This document shows, piece after piece, positions 53,156-62,564 of a stretch of DNA of 64,000 nucleotides (position 1 is the first letter of the stretch; each line of letters opens with the position of its first letter). Source of the stretch: an uncultured Porphyromonas sp. (GTDB lineage Bacteria; Bacteroidota; Bacteroidia; Bacteroidales; Porphyromonadaceae). The DNA lies in the NCBI GenBank assembly GCA_902490315.1, contig CABUDK010000001.1, positions 1,405-65,404 of the forward strand, in the 5' to 3' direction. The position numbers were made by a program, and so were the translations under genes. The notes under the pieces were generated by a model, which was not told where the DNA came from, made no database searches, and saw only the letters and a list, made by a program, of their open reading frames with translations.

Positions 53156-54437
53156 CTGCCTTAGAGTTGTCATCGTCCGTGTGCGCCTCCTCATACTCCT
53201 CCTGCTCTGACTTGGTCAGGGCTGAGAGTCCGTTGTTTTGTACAATTTTAGAGAGACGCTCGAGAGACTTTGCTTCCTGAAGATCTGTAGAGGCGGTCGG
53301 CTTAGCCTTCGATCCAGGCACGAAGTCGTGACGATAGAGATTGATAAAGAGTATGATCAGGGAGAGAATCAGCGGGCCGAAGATGACGCCCCAGAAGCCG
53401 AAGAGCGAGAGACCGATGAAGACTCCGAAGATCGTGATCAGCGGGTGGATGTTTGCCATCTGCTTCTGTAGGAGTAGGCGCGCTACATTATCCACCCCAC
53501 CGATGACGATGAAGCCGTATAGTCCCAAGAGAATCGCGTTGAGCCAGTCACCGTTGATCCCCATGATGACTGCTATCGGCACCCATACGATCATCGTGCC
53601 AAGTACTGGGATGATGGTCGTAAAGGTCGTTAGTACAGCAAAGAGCAGTGCATTGTCCACCCCAAAGATCAGGTAGCCTATGTAAGCAAAGACTCCCTGC
53701 ACAATAGCCAAGAGCGGGATGCCGATAGCGTTGCTCTTGACGATGCTTATCGTCTCGCTGGAGACTGTCTTCTTATTGCATTCCGTAAAGGGTAGTAGCT
53801 CCTCCACCGCAGCCTCAAACTGGTCATAACCCCGTAGCATGAAGTAGAGGAGGAAGAGGATGATGAAGGCGTTGAGGAAGAATGAAGACATGCCCTGCAG
53901 CAAACCCTTTACCAGAGAGGTCGAGAAGCTCGTCAGCTTCTGCAGATTTTCATTACTCCACAGCTCTATGCCAAAGCGCTCCTCTACATCTTTGATTACC
54001 TCTTGCGCTTGTGTCGTCAGCACATTCAGCGACTCAGGGTCAAAGGAGGAAAAGAGGTCGATCAGCATTAAGACAATCCCCAAGAGTGGTATGAGAAAGA
54101 AAAAGATAGCCTCTAGAGTCAGGAGCGACGCTGCCCAGCTGCGTCCCCACCGCTTGCGCTCCACGAGCCACTTCATCTGACCTCTCAGAAGGACGTAGAT
54201 CGTCAAGGCTCCTAGCACGCCACTCATGTAGGGTAGGGCATGCTTACCGATGATCAGTAACAAAAGGAGAATCAGCGTGATCAGAGAGGTGCGAGGTGTC
54301 CAGAAGGATACCTTATATACAGGCTCTCCGTGCTTCGTACGACTATGTGTCAAGTCTTCTGGAGAGATATGATCACAACACTTTGTAGTAGACGACGATT
54401 GCGAGGCGTCGTTAGGGGCTTTGCTATTTGCTGTCAT
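53148..54437 (-). CDS. AI-2E family transporter
   Basis: Multi-TM; IPVLGT..VWVP, DN..R, HPLITIFGVFIG...FGFWG.IFGP; start uncertain. Confidence 0.9.
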   Translation of the reverse strand: MTANSKAPNDASQSSSTTKCCDHISPEDLTHSRTKHGEPVYKVSFWTPRTSLITLILLLLLIIGKHALPYMSGVLGALTIYVLLRGQMKWLVERKRWGRSWAASLLTLEAIFFFLIPLLGIVLMLIDLFSSFDPESLNVLTTQAQEVIKDVEERFGIELWSNENLQKLTSFSTSLVKGLLQGMSSFFLNAFIILFLLYFMLRGYDQFEAAVEELLPFTECNKKTVSSETISIVKSNAIGIPLLAIVQGVFAYIGYLIFGVDNALLFAVLTTFTTIIPVLGTMIVWVPIAVIMGINGDWLNAILLGLYGFIVIGGVDNVARLLLQKQMANIHPLITIFGVFIGLSLFGFWGVIFGPLILSLIILFINLYRHDFVPGSKAKPTASTDLQEAKSLERLSKIVQNNGLSALTKSEQEEYEEAHTDDDNSKADE

Positions 54438-54591
54438 AGAGCTAGGAGTGGGTTTTGAGAGATAACGTATATATTGTAGATCTATCAACTTTCATCCAAA
54501 GGTACGAAAAAAGAGATTAGAGGTTAGAAGGGAAAAGATCGGAGTGATCAGAGTGGATAGGAAGTAATCGGAGCGTGACGTGTAACGACTT

Positions 54592-54696
54592 ATAGGGACG
54601 CACAGCTCGTGTCTAGCGGGAAGGCGTCCGTTGTGTCAAAGGTTACAGCGTCTTGATTTTAACGGGGACGGACGCACCGACGGTTTGCGTCCCCCT
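54592..54696. repeat. Degenerate REPIN
   Basis: tagggacgcac...gcgtccgttgtgtcaaaggttacagcgtc...ttttaacggggacggacgcac; spacer homologous to the 851-960 copy. Confidence 0.75.
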
Positions 54697-54711
54697 TCGA
54701 TCTAAACGCAA

Positions 54712-54743
54712 CGAGAGCAGCTCACAACTATGAGCTGCTCTCG
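54712..54743 (-). terminator. Hairpin downstream of tRNA-Pro
   Basis: cgagagcagctca/tgagctgctctcg perfect 13-bp stem. Confidence 0.65.
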
Positions 54744-54762
54744 CAGTAGGTCTCAACAACCT

Positions 54763-54840
54763 TGGTCGGGATGACTGGATTCGAACCAGCGACCTCACGC
54801 CCCCCAGACGCGCACTCTAACCGGACTGAGCTACATCCCG
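54763..54840 (-). tRNA. tRNA-Pro (GGG), CCA encoded
   Basis: Acceptor CGGGATG/CATCCCG-ACCA, anticodon loop CTGGGGG, GTTCGAA; TACCTTTG promoter immediately upstream. Confidence 0.96.
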
Positions 54841-54960
54841 TATTTCGTTGTGCAAAGGTACAACTTATTTTTGGACTAGACAAACAACCATGAACATAGC
54901 TACGAGCCGCATATCCCATTCCAAAACGCAACTGCGAGTGTGGGGCCACACGGGACGAGT

Positions 54961-55125
54961 AGCGATGTGTAGGAACGCACAGCAAGACGTCACCCTGTAG
55001 GGACGCACGGTCTGTGCGTCCGTCCCCGTTAAAAGTTACATCGTTAAGATCATTCTAAAACGGACGCACAGACCGTGCGTCCCTACAGCTGGCTACACGT
55101 TCCGTGCGTCCCTACATTTCGCTAC
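54961..55125. repeat. REPIN (54997-55086) nested within remnants of an outer REP pair
   Basis: GTAGggacgcacggtctgtgcgtccgt...acggacgcacagaccgtgcgtccCTAC; outer gtaggaacgcac and gtgcgtccctac half-copies. Confidence 0.82.
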
Positions 55126-55133
55126 ACGTCTCC

Positions 55134-55168
55134 CCTCTAATCTCTAGCCTCTAAAATCTAATCTCTAA
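55134..55168 (+). repeat. Tandem heptamer repeat x5 abutting the tkt promoter
   Basis: cctctaa tctctag cctctaa aatctaa tctctaa, then TACCTTTG at 55175-55182. Confidence 0.8.
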
Positions 55169-55245
55169 TTTTCGTACCTTTGAAGTCGTAAGTTTTACCC
55201 GTGAGACGATGATCTCACCTTTAAGTAAAGAACCTCTATCGCATT

Positions 55246-57333
55246 ATGAGCAACGAAATGACTGATCAGACTTTATCAACCCAAGAGCAGCCTATGAGCA
55301 TCGCTGAGCGTGCTGCCGACAACATCCGTGCCCTCGCCATATCGATGGTCGAGCGCGCTAAGAGTGGCCACCCAGGTGGGGCTATGGGCGGAGCGGACTT
55401 TATCCAGGTCCTCTTCTCCGAGCAACTGCGCTATGACCCACGCCACCCGGAGCACCCCGCACGGGATCGCTTCTTTATGGATCCTGGCCATATGTCGCCA
55501 ATGCTCTACGCACAGTTGGCGCTGGCGGGATTCTTTACGATGGATGAGCTGGCAGCCTTCCGCTCGTGGGGCAGTCCTACGCCAGGACACCCAGAGCTAT
55601 GTCGTAGCCGTATGATCGAGAACACCAGTGGTCCGCTGGGACAGGGACACACCTACGCTGTGGGTGCCGCCATTGCGGCGAAGTTCCTCCAGCACCGTCT
55701 TGGTGACACGCTGATGCCACAGCGTATCTACGCTTTTATCTCTGATGGCGGTATCCAAGAGGAGATCAGTCAGGGTGCGGGGCGCATCGCGGGCGACCTA
55801 GGGCTGGACAACCTGATCATGTATTACGACTGCAACGACATACAGCTCTCGACACGTGTCGAGGATATCACGGCTGAGGACGTTGCGGCTAAGTATGATG
55901 CGTGGGGCTGGAACGTCTTTGAGGTGCCGGGCAATGACTCTGCGGCGCTGAGTCAGGTGCTACAAGACGCTATCGAGACTTCCGAAGAGACGGGTGCTCC
56001 GACGCTTATCATTGGCTACACCAATATGGCTTACAAGGCGGTCGACGAGGAGGGTAACCCGCTCGCAAACTTGATTGCAACGCACGGGCAACCGATCTCT
56101 AAGGCGGGAGCTTCGTATGCTAAGACGATGCAGGCACTGGGTGCCGACCCGGACAATCCTTTCACCATATACGAGGATGTAGCTGCCTTCTACGCTGATC
56201 GTCGTGAGGAACTCATCGCCTACTGGGATGGTCAGTACAAGATCCAGGAGAAATACAAGAAGGAGCACCCTGATCAGGCGAAGCTCTATGACCGTTGGTT
56301 TGCTGCAGAGCCTACCTACGATGTGGCTTGGCAGGAGATAGCTCAGAAGGCTAATCAGGCAACGCGTGCCGCCTCGGCAACGGTGCTCGGTGAGCTGGCT
56401 AAGCGGGTGGACAACCTGATCGTTGCCTCGGCCGACCTCTCGAACTCGGACAAGACGGACGGCTATCTCAAGGGTACGAAGGCTCTGGAGGCGGGCGACT
56501 TCTCAGGCAAGTTCCTCCAGGCGGGTGTCTCGGAGCTTACGATGGCAGCAATCTGCGTGGGTATCACCCTGCATGGCGGTATGCGTGCTGCGTGCGGTAC
56601 CTTCTTTGTCTTCTCAGACTATATGAAGCCTGTCATTCGTATGGCTGGGCTGATGGAGCAGCCCGTTATCTTCATCTGGTCGCACGACTCCTTTAGAGTT
56701 GGTGAGGACGGACCGACGCATGAGCCGGTTGAGCAGGAGGCGCAGATACGTCTCCTCGAGCATCTGCACAATCACTCGGGTCGTCGTGCCCTACAGGTGC
56801 TACGCCCTGCCGACGTACATGAGGCTACGGTCGCCTGGCAGATGGCTATGGAAAACCTCCACACGCCGACGGCTCTCATCCTCTCTCGCCAAAACATCCA
56901 AGACTTACCTAATCCCACCTACGAGCGTGCTTGCCAGTTGAAGCATGGCGCTTACGTGGTCTCTGAAACGACGCCTGCTGGCGAGACGCCCGACTTGACG
57001 CTCATTGCCTCGGGTAGTGAGGTGAGCACGCTGGTACAGGCTGCTGAGCTACTCCAAGGCAAGGGGCACAAGCTGCGCATCGTCTCGGTACCGAGCGAAG
57101 GGCTCTTCTTCGATCAGCCTGAAGCGTATCGTGAGAGCGTGATCCCCGCTGAGGGCGCACGCTTCGGTCTGACAGCTGGTCTGCCTGTGACGCTCCTCCG
57201 CTTGGTCGGGGATATGGAACATATCCATGGGTTGGAGAGCTTCGGCTTCTCCGCTCCCTACACAGTACTCGATGAGAAGCTCGGCTTCACCGCTGAGGCG
57301 GTAGCACAGCGTATCGAGGAGCTTTGCCGATAG
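55246..57333 (+). CDS. tkt: Transketolase
   Basis: KSGHPGG, RDRF, GPLGQG, SDG TPP motif, HDSFRVGEDGPTHEPVEQ. Confidence 0.95.
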   Translation: MSNEMTDQTLSTQEQPMSIAERAADNIRALAISMVERAKSGHPGGAMGGADFIQVLFSEQLRYDPRHPEHPARDRFFMDPGHMSPMLYAQLALAGFFTMDELAAFRSWGSPTPGHPELCRSRMIENTSGPLGQGHTYAVGAAIAAKFLQHRLGDTLMPQRIYAFISDGGIQEEISQGAGRIAGDLGLDNLIMYYDCNDIQLSTRVEDITAEDVAAKYDAWGWNVFEVPGNDSAALSQVLQDAIETSEETGAPTLIIGYTNMAYKAVDEEGNPLANLIATHGQPISKAGASYAKTMQALGADPDNPFTIYEDVAAFYADRREELIAYWDGQYKIQEKYKKEHPDQAKLYDRWFAAEPTYDVAWQEIAQKANQATRAASATVLGELAKRVDNLIVASADLSNSDKTDGYLKGTKALEAGDFSGKFLQAGVSELTMAAICVGITLHGGMRAACGTFFVFSDYMKPVIRMAGLMEQPVIFIWSHDSFRVGEDGPTHEPVEQEAQIRLLEHLHNHSGRRALQVLRPADVHEATVAWQMAMENLHTPTALILSRQNIQDLPNPTYERACQLKHGAYVVSETTPAGETPDLTLIASGSEVSTLVQAAELLQGKGHKLRIVSVPSEGLFFDQPEAYRESVIPAEGARFGLTAGLPVTLLRLVGDMEHIHGLESFGFSAPYTVLDEKLGFTAEAVAQRIEELCR

Positions 57334-57345
57334 TGGACAAGAACT

Positions 57346-58362
57346 ATGGGACTATTCTCACGCTTCAAGAAATCAAATAAAAAGTCTCCTGTCTCAACCG
57401 AAGAGGTCGAGCAGGAGGCGACTGACGTCACGCAGGAGGTAGCGGAGCAAACAACGGACCCCAAGGCGGACACGCTCAAGGCGAACACGCTGAAGTTTGA
57501 CGCGCTCCGGGCGCTCAAGATAGGCGAGGTGGACTTTGCGATACGCGCTCTGCGCACTTCGCTGGAGGAGATTGACGACCCTGAGTGTCGCCTTTACCTA
57601 ACGCAAGCATTGCAGCGCAAGCCCGACTTAGCTGGCTCGATGGCTGAGCTGACCACCATACTGGAGGCGTACCCTGACTACCCGGCGGCGCTCTATGAAG
57701 CGACCAAGGTAGCTAACGGGCTAGACCAGCACAGCGAGACGATTGCCTACGCCGAGCGCGCCTTGGCGACCGAGCTGGAGACGGCACAGCAAGCTGAGCT
57801 ACACCGTATGAAAGCTCAGGCGCAGCTGGCTCTAAGCGAGTCTGAGCAAGCACTCGCGACCATCGACCAAGCATTACAGCTGACGGACGAAGTGCCCCTT
57901 TACTGGCTCATCAAGGTGAAGGTGCTGATAGCACTGGAGCGTTGGGAGGAGGCTTTGGCGGTTGCTTTGGAGACGGCGGAGAAGTTTCCCGAGGAGGAGC
58001 GTGCTTACCTCTACGAGGGTTTGATCACTTACCATGAGGGCGACAAGGAGCGTGCTGAGCGTGCTTTCCGACAGGTGGTGGAGACGGATCCTTTCAACGT
58101 GGAGGGCTATATGCATCTGACGCATCTCGTAGAGGAGCTACGGGGCGAGGCGGCTGCTGCCGATGAGATGGAGCAGGCTCTGGAGATGATTCCCCAGCCG
58201 ACCCGTGCGCTCCTAGAGTATGCCGCCTCACTGTATAAGGCGTGCGACCGCACAGAGCAGTATGAGGGCGTGCAGCAACTGCTGGCGGATCTTCCTGAGG
58301 GCGCTGAGACGCAGACGGGTGAAGTCAACTTCGCCAATCTGTACGCTGGTGGCTTTTACTAG
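57346..58362 (+). CDS. Tetratricopeptide repeat protein
   Basis: Helical ~34-aa repeats with the A/Y/P pattern. Confidence 0.8.
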   Translation: MGLFSRFKKSNKKSPVSTEEVEQEATDVTQEVAEQTTDPKADTLKANTLKFDALRALKIGEVDFAIRALRTSLEEIDDPECRLYLTQALQRKPDLAGSMAELTTILEAYPDYPAALYEATKVANGLDQHSETIAYAERALATELETAQQAELHRMKAQAQLALSESEQALATIDQALQLTDEVPLYWLIKVKVLIALERWEEALAVALETAEKFPEEERAYLYEGLITYHEGDKERAERAFRQVVETDPFNVEGYMHLTHLVEELRGEAAAADEMEQALEMIPQPTRALLEYAASLYKACDRTEQYEGVQQLLADLPEGAETQTGEVNFANLYAGGFY

Positions 58363-58376
58363 AAAAGACGAACTCT

Positions 58377-59075
58377 ATGTCAGCCAAGCAGCGCAAGTGG
58401 TACGTCGTATGGGAGGGTTATCGACCAGGCGTCTATGATGACTGGCAAGACTGCAAGATGCAGATCGAGGGCTTTCAAGGGGCTAAGTATAAGTCTTACC
58501 TCACGGCAGAGCAAGCGCAAGAAGCCTTCGAACTAGGCTACGACGAGGGACGCAAGCTGGGACAGCAGCATCGTGTCGCCAAGCCTGAGAGCAATAAGCT
58601 ACAAGTGCAGCACAGTGTAGCGCAAGCACCTGATCAACTCATCGGTGACAAGGTAGCGCCAAAAGGTTTCCTCAACCACTCGATAGCGGTCGACGGAGCC
58701 TGCTCGTCCAACCCAGGCGTGACGGAGTATCGCGGTGTCTACACTTTTAGCCATGCGGAGCTCTTTCGGGCGGTGATCCCATGGGGTACCAACAACATTG
58801 GCGAGTACCTGGCCATCGTTCATGCGTTGGCTCTTATGGAGCAGGGCAAGCTCCCGCCTCTGCCTATCTACTCCGACAGCAAGGTGGCACTCGGCTGGGT
58901 GGCTCAGGCACGTTGCCGTACGCGGCTCGACTCGACTGATCCACGTAGTGCTAAGACCTACGAACTGATAAGGCGTGCCACACATTGGCTGAAGACGCAC
59001 ACCTTTCGGGTACCACTATTGAAGTGGGACACGGTCGCTTGGGGCGAGATCCCCGCAGACTTCGGTCGTAAGTAG
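58377..59075 (+). CDS. rnhA: Ribonuclease HI with N-terminal hybrid-binding (viroplasmin) domain
   Basis: KWYVVWEG.RPGVY..W..C, VDGACS.NPG, TNNIGE.LA, YSDS, WGEIPADFGRK. Confidence 0.9.
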   Translation: MSAKQRKWYVVWEGYRPGVYDDWQDCKMQIEGFQGAKYKSYLTAEQAQEAFELGYDEGRKLGQQHRVAKPESNKLQVQHSVAQAPDQLIGDKVAPKGFLNHSIAVDGACSSNPGVTEYRGVYTFSHAELFRAVIPWGTNNIGEYLAIVHALALMEQGKLPPLPIYSDSKVALGWVAQARCRTRLDSTDPRSAKTYELIRRATHWLKTHTFRVPLLKWDTVAWGEIPADFGRK

Positions 59076-59094
59076 CCACGTCATTACTGAGGCC

Positions 59095-60258
59095 ATGCGC
59101 ACGCCACTCATCGTCTGCAACATCGGGCACGAGGTCGCGCTTGAGGCTGGCGACCCGCTCCACTACACCCCGCCACGGATCATCCGACAGATGCGCTCCG
59201 CACTCTGGAGCCTTCCGCTCTGGGCATCCCCAGCGTGGTTAGATGGGGACTCGTGGTGGGTACACCCTTTTAGCGAAAGCCTCTCGCCCTATCTGACCGA
59301 CCGTGAGCTGAGCCATATAGCGAAAGGTGATGTCGGGGACTCCGAACTCATGCTGTGGGGTCACGAGCGGAGCTTGGCGCACAGCATCGCGAAGCAGTAC
59401 GGGCTGAGCGGTGGAGAGGCATGTAGCGAACTGCCCCAGGAGCTGATGCCTTGCTGGACGAGAGCTGCGAGTGTACGTTTCTTCGCGAGCTACAGCAGCG
59501 TGCCGTGGCGCAGTCGTGTGGCGATGATTACGCAGATAGAGGAGTTGGTAGAGCTTTTGACCCAGGGGCCTTGTCTTGTGAAGCTCCCCTATAGCAGCTC
59601 GGGAAGAGGACTGTGGCGCATCAACCAGTTGGACAGCCAACTTGAGGAGACGCTCCGCAAGCTCTTGCAGCGGCACGGCACCCTCCTCGCGGAACCTCTG
59701 CTCGACAAGCAGCAGGACTACGGTGCCGAGTACTATATAAATGAAGCAGGCGAGGTGCAGTTCATCGGGGCATGTGCCTTCGAGACAGACGATCAGGGGC
59801 GCTACCTAGAGAGCCTCTGCCAAGATCCCGAGGCGACGCTCCGACAACTCACCGACAGTCTCACGGATCCCGACGAACTGCAACAAGCTCTAGCGCAGCA
59901 TCACGCCTACCTCTCCCGTGAGGTGGCACCTTACTACCAAGGTCCCGTCGGCATTGACCTACTCACCTACCGTACCGATGAAGTGAGCGACCGTATCGCC
60001 CTGCACCCGTGGGTTGAGATCAATCTGCGCTACACGATGGGGCACTACGCCCTCGACCTCTACCGCGAGCGCATCCCTCAGGGAAGCCACAACCAATATC
60101 GCTTTGGCATCCTCTCCGCATCACGAGCCAAAGCCCTCCTCGCCACAGCCAATGCCCCTACACTAGACGACGATGGTCGCCTTCGTGCAGGCCTTCTCCC
60201 GCTCACCTCCCCCGACCTAGACACCGTCTCCCACATCGCCTACCTCCGCTCCCTCTGA
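59095..60258 (+). CDS. Conserved hypothetical protein, ATP-grasp-like
   Basis: VKLPYSSSGRG, AEP.L, G.D, EINLR motifs resemble the ATP-grasp fold. Confidence 0.65.
   Translation: MRTPLIVCNIGHEVALEAGDPLHYTPPRIIRQMRSALWSLPLWASPAWLDGDSWWVHPFSESLSPYLTDRELSHIAKGDVGDSELMLWGHERSLAHSIAKQYGLSGGEACSELPQELMPCWTRAASVRFFASYSSVPWRSRVAMITQIEELVELLTQGPCLVKLPYSSSGRGLWRINQLDSQLEETLRKLLQRHGTLLAEPLLDKQQDYGAEYYINEAGEVQFIGACAFETDDQGRYLESLCQDPEATLRQLTDSLTDPDELQQALAQHHAYLSREVAPYYQGPVGIDLLTYRTDEVSDRIALHPWVEINLRYTMGHYALDLYRERIPQGSHNQYRFGILSASRAKALLATANAPTLDDDGRLRAGLLPLTSPDLDTVSHIAYLRSL
59815..60250 (+). repeat. 436-bp direct repeat, copy 1 (3' end of the ATP-grasp-like gene)
   Basis: Aligns without gaps to 61661-62096, about 22 substitutions by hand count. 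Confidence 0.92.
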
Positions 60259-60495
60259 CCGCCGTTGTGGCTTGTAGTCCCTTGTTGCGAAAGCTATTGC
60301 AAAAGTGGAAATAAATACATATCTTTGCAAGTGAATCTCTTAATGGAAGCCTTATGATAATAAAGGTATGCAAGCTTAGCAAGTCTTGCCTGCATCCCGA
60401 CGAGCTTCCCATGAGGGAGCATTGATCTAGTCTTATTGTACGAGCTCTACGAGACAAGCATTTCGCCTACAACGAACTACAAGCTATAGATAGAT

Positions 60496-61500
60496 ATGAA
60501 GCAGTACTATGTTGTCTCTTTTGGACACAAGCAGGGTCCATACTCGCTAGACGAGTTGGCATATCAGGGGATTACGCCCGAAACAATGATCTGGGTGGTA
60601 GGTATACCTGACCCCTGTCCTGCCAGCGAAATTGACGAGCTTCGCGCGCTCTTGGGGCTACCACGCTCTGAGAAGTTCTCCCCAAGCTCTAGCGTAGAGC
60701 CTGAAGCTCCGCAAGCTACTACGCCTCACCCTCAGGAGCCCATCTCATCTCAGTACGGATCCCCTCTTCTCGACATAGAGCGCGACCGTAAGGAGCAAGG
60801 ATTTTTCAAGAAGGCCATCAAGTACCTCTATTTAGCCAATGGAGTGATCGCCCTGACTCCGCTCATCTTCCTCATTTCCTTATACCCCTATAGCATAGCC
60901 ACTATATCTACTGCGCTAGTGGCTCCAACGCTCTGGGGGGTCAAGTCGTATCCGCAAGAGTTTGTCACAACAATAGCGCAGGCTTTATATAGCAGGAGTA
61001 GCCTAGAGGTGTTGGTTTATCTAGCCTTTGTTGCCATACTCATCTATTTCCTCGTTCTCGGCATACGGGGATTTCAATATTGGCAAAAGCGTAAAGCAGA
61101 GCTCTTCGCAACAGTGGATGTAGGGGATCAATCTAAGGTGCTATCTGTATGGAGCCACTTTATAGAGAGTGCAGGCAAGTGGTATGCCTTCTGTTTCGTT
61201 GCCGTTCCAGTGGGCTACTTGGCTATCGGGTATGTAGCGTTCTTCTTTATAGGTTTAGCAGGAGGAGCTAATGTCGGAGCGATCTTCTTTACCGGTGTTT
61301 CGTTTATCCTCTTGAGTGCACTCGTCCCTTTAATCCTAGCAGTCTTTTTCGTTGCATTGTCGCAAGTTACAGCAAGATGTTTGCGCCTCTTTGAGCGACT
61401 CGCCTATGATGTGTCCGACGTCGCAGACATTCACCGGGCAGCAGTAATGTCAGAGCAGGAGAGCGCCAAAGAAGAACGTGAGGCTGAAAAGGACAACTGA
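60496..61500 (+). CDS. Membrane protein with N-terminal GYF_2/DUF4339-like domain
   Basis: YYV...KQGPYSLDEL...GITPETMIW..G; several TM helices. Confidence 0.8.
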   Translation: MKQYYVVSFGHKQGPYSLDELAYQGITPETMIWVVGIPDPCPASEIDELRALLGLPRSEKFSPSSSVEPEAPQATTPHPQEPISSQYGSPLLDIERDRKEQGFFKKAIKYLYLANGVIALTPLIFLISLYPYSIATISTALVAPTLWGVKSYPQEFVTTIAQALYSRSSLEVLVYLAFVAILIYFLVLGIRGFQYWQKRKAELFATVDVGDQSKVLSVWSHFIESAGKWYAFCFVAVPVGYLAIGYVAFFFIGLAGGANVGAIFFTGVSFILLSALVPLILAVFFVALSQVTARCLRLFERLAYDVSDVADIHRAAVMSEQESAKEEREAEKDN

Positions 61501-61544
61501 GCTCTCTCAAAAGATCGATCCAATCTAAGACGAAACACTTAAGT

Positions 61545-61666
61545 ATGGCTGAGACACTATACTATCGTCCCGAGTGGACTTGCGGTAGGTACCATGAAGT
61601 CGCAAAAGTGGCACTCTGCTACAACCTCATTGAGGGGATGAGCTACTTCTTTGAGGGAGACTCTGC
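61545..61666 (+). pseudogene. 5' fragment of a truncated gene (MAETLYYRPEWTCGRY...YFFEGDSA)
   Basis: Good start context; the frame runs into repeat copy 2 out of register with the ATP-grasp frame. Confidence 0.65.
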
Positions 61667-62113
61667 CAAGATCCCGAGGAGACGCTCCGACAACTCACCG
61701 ACGGTCTCACGGATCCCGACGAACTGCAACAAGCTCTGGCGCAGCATCACGCCTACCTCACTCGTGAGGTGGCGCCTTACTACCGTGGGCCCGTCGGCAT
61801 TGACCTACTCACCTACCGTGTCGATGAAGTGAGCGACCGTATCGCCCTGCACCCGTGGGTCGAGATCAATCTGCGCTACACGATGGGGCACTACGCCCTT
61901 GACATATACCGCGAGCGCATCCCTCAGGGAAGCCACAACAAATATCGCTTTGGCATCCTCTCCGCACCACGAGCCAAAGCCCTCCTCGCCACAGCCAATG
62001 CCCCTACACTAGACGACGCTGGTCGCCTTCGTGCAGGCCTTCTCCCGCTCACCTCTACTGACCTCGACACCGTCTCCCACATCGCCTACCTCCGCTGTGA
62101 AGTGGCAAGCTAG
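61661..62113 (+). pseudogene. Orphaned second 3' end of the ATP-grasp-like gene (direct repeat copy 2 to 62096; ends ...YLRCEVAS*)
   Basis: ~95% identical to 59815-60250. Confidence 0.88.
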
Positions 62114-62143
62114 ATAGAGTTGGCTGGCGCAGGGGTAGGGAAC

Positions 62144-62325
62144 CCTCCACTGAGGAATTCAGAATTTCCTCGGGAGGAATTTGGAATTCTCCAGGTAGGA
62201 AACGAAAAATTCTTCGGACTTATGATTTGATTCCTCCGAAGTTTCATTTCACTCTTCGGAGGAATCATTTCATTCCTCGGTGGATATTTTTGATTTCTCA
62301 GGTAGGCATTTGCGATTTCCTACGT
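62144..62325 (-). repeat. Dispersed phased-palindrome element, copy 7 (inverted orientation)
   Basis: Reverse complement reads cttcggaggaatcaaatcataagtccgaagaattttt, as in the other copies; boundaries approximate. Confidence 0.82.
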
Positions 62326-62564
62326 ACAAGTCTTTGTATAGAGACAAGTGATCTGTTGAGACGTTTCAGTTACGACTTCTTCAGCAGACTGTTAGATGCC
62401 CGTTTGCTTCATATAGCTCTAGACACTGGCATGCGTGGTCTAGCTGCTGGAATGTGCGGCTCGGGGATGAGGTTGAAGGTTGTTGTTTAATTGAAAAGAT
62501 GATGCTATATTTGTCGTACAGTTAGTGAGAGCGCAATTATTCACCCTCAAAGATACTATACGGT

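Noticed and set aside
43362..54840. tRNA genes as integration sites of an island
   Set aside because: No duplicated tRNA 3' fragments or integrase seen; intervening genes are housekeeping
59815..62096. Direct repeat as DGR template/variable repeat or phage att sites
   Set aside because: Differences are not adenine-restricted, the repeat is long, and no RT or integrase is present
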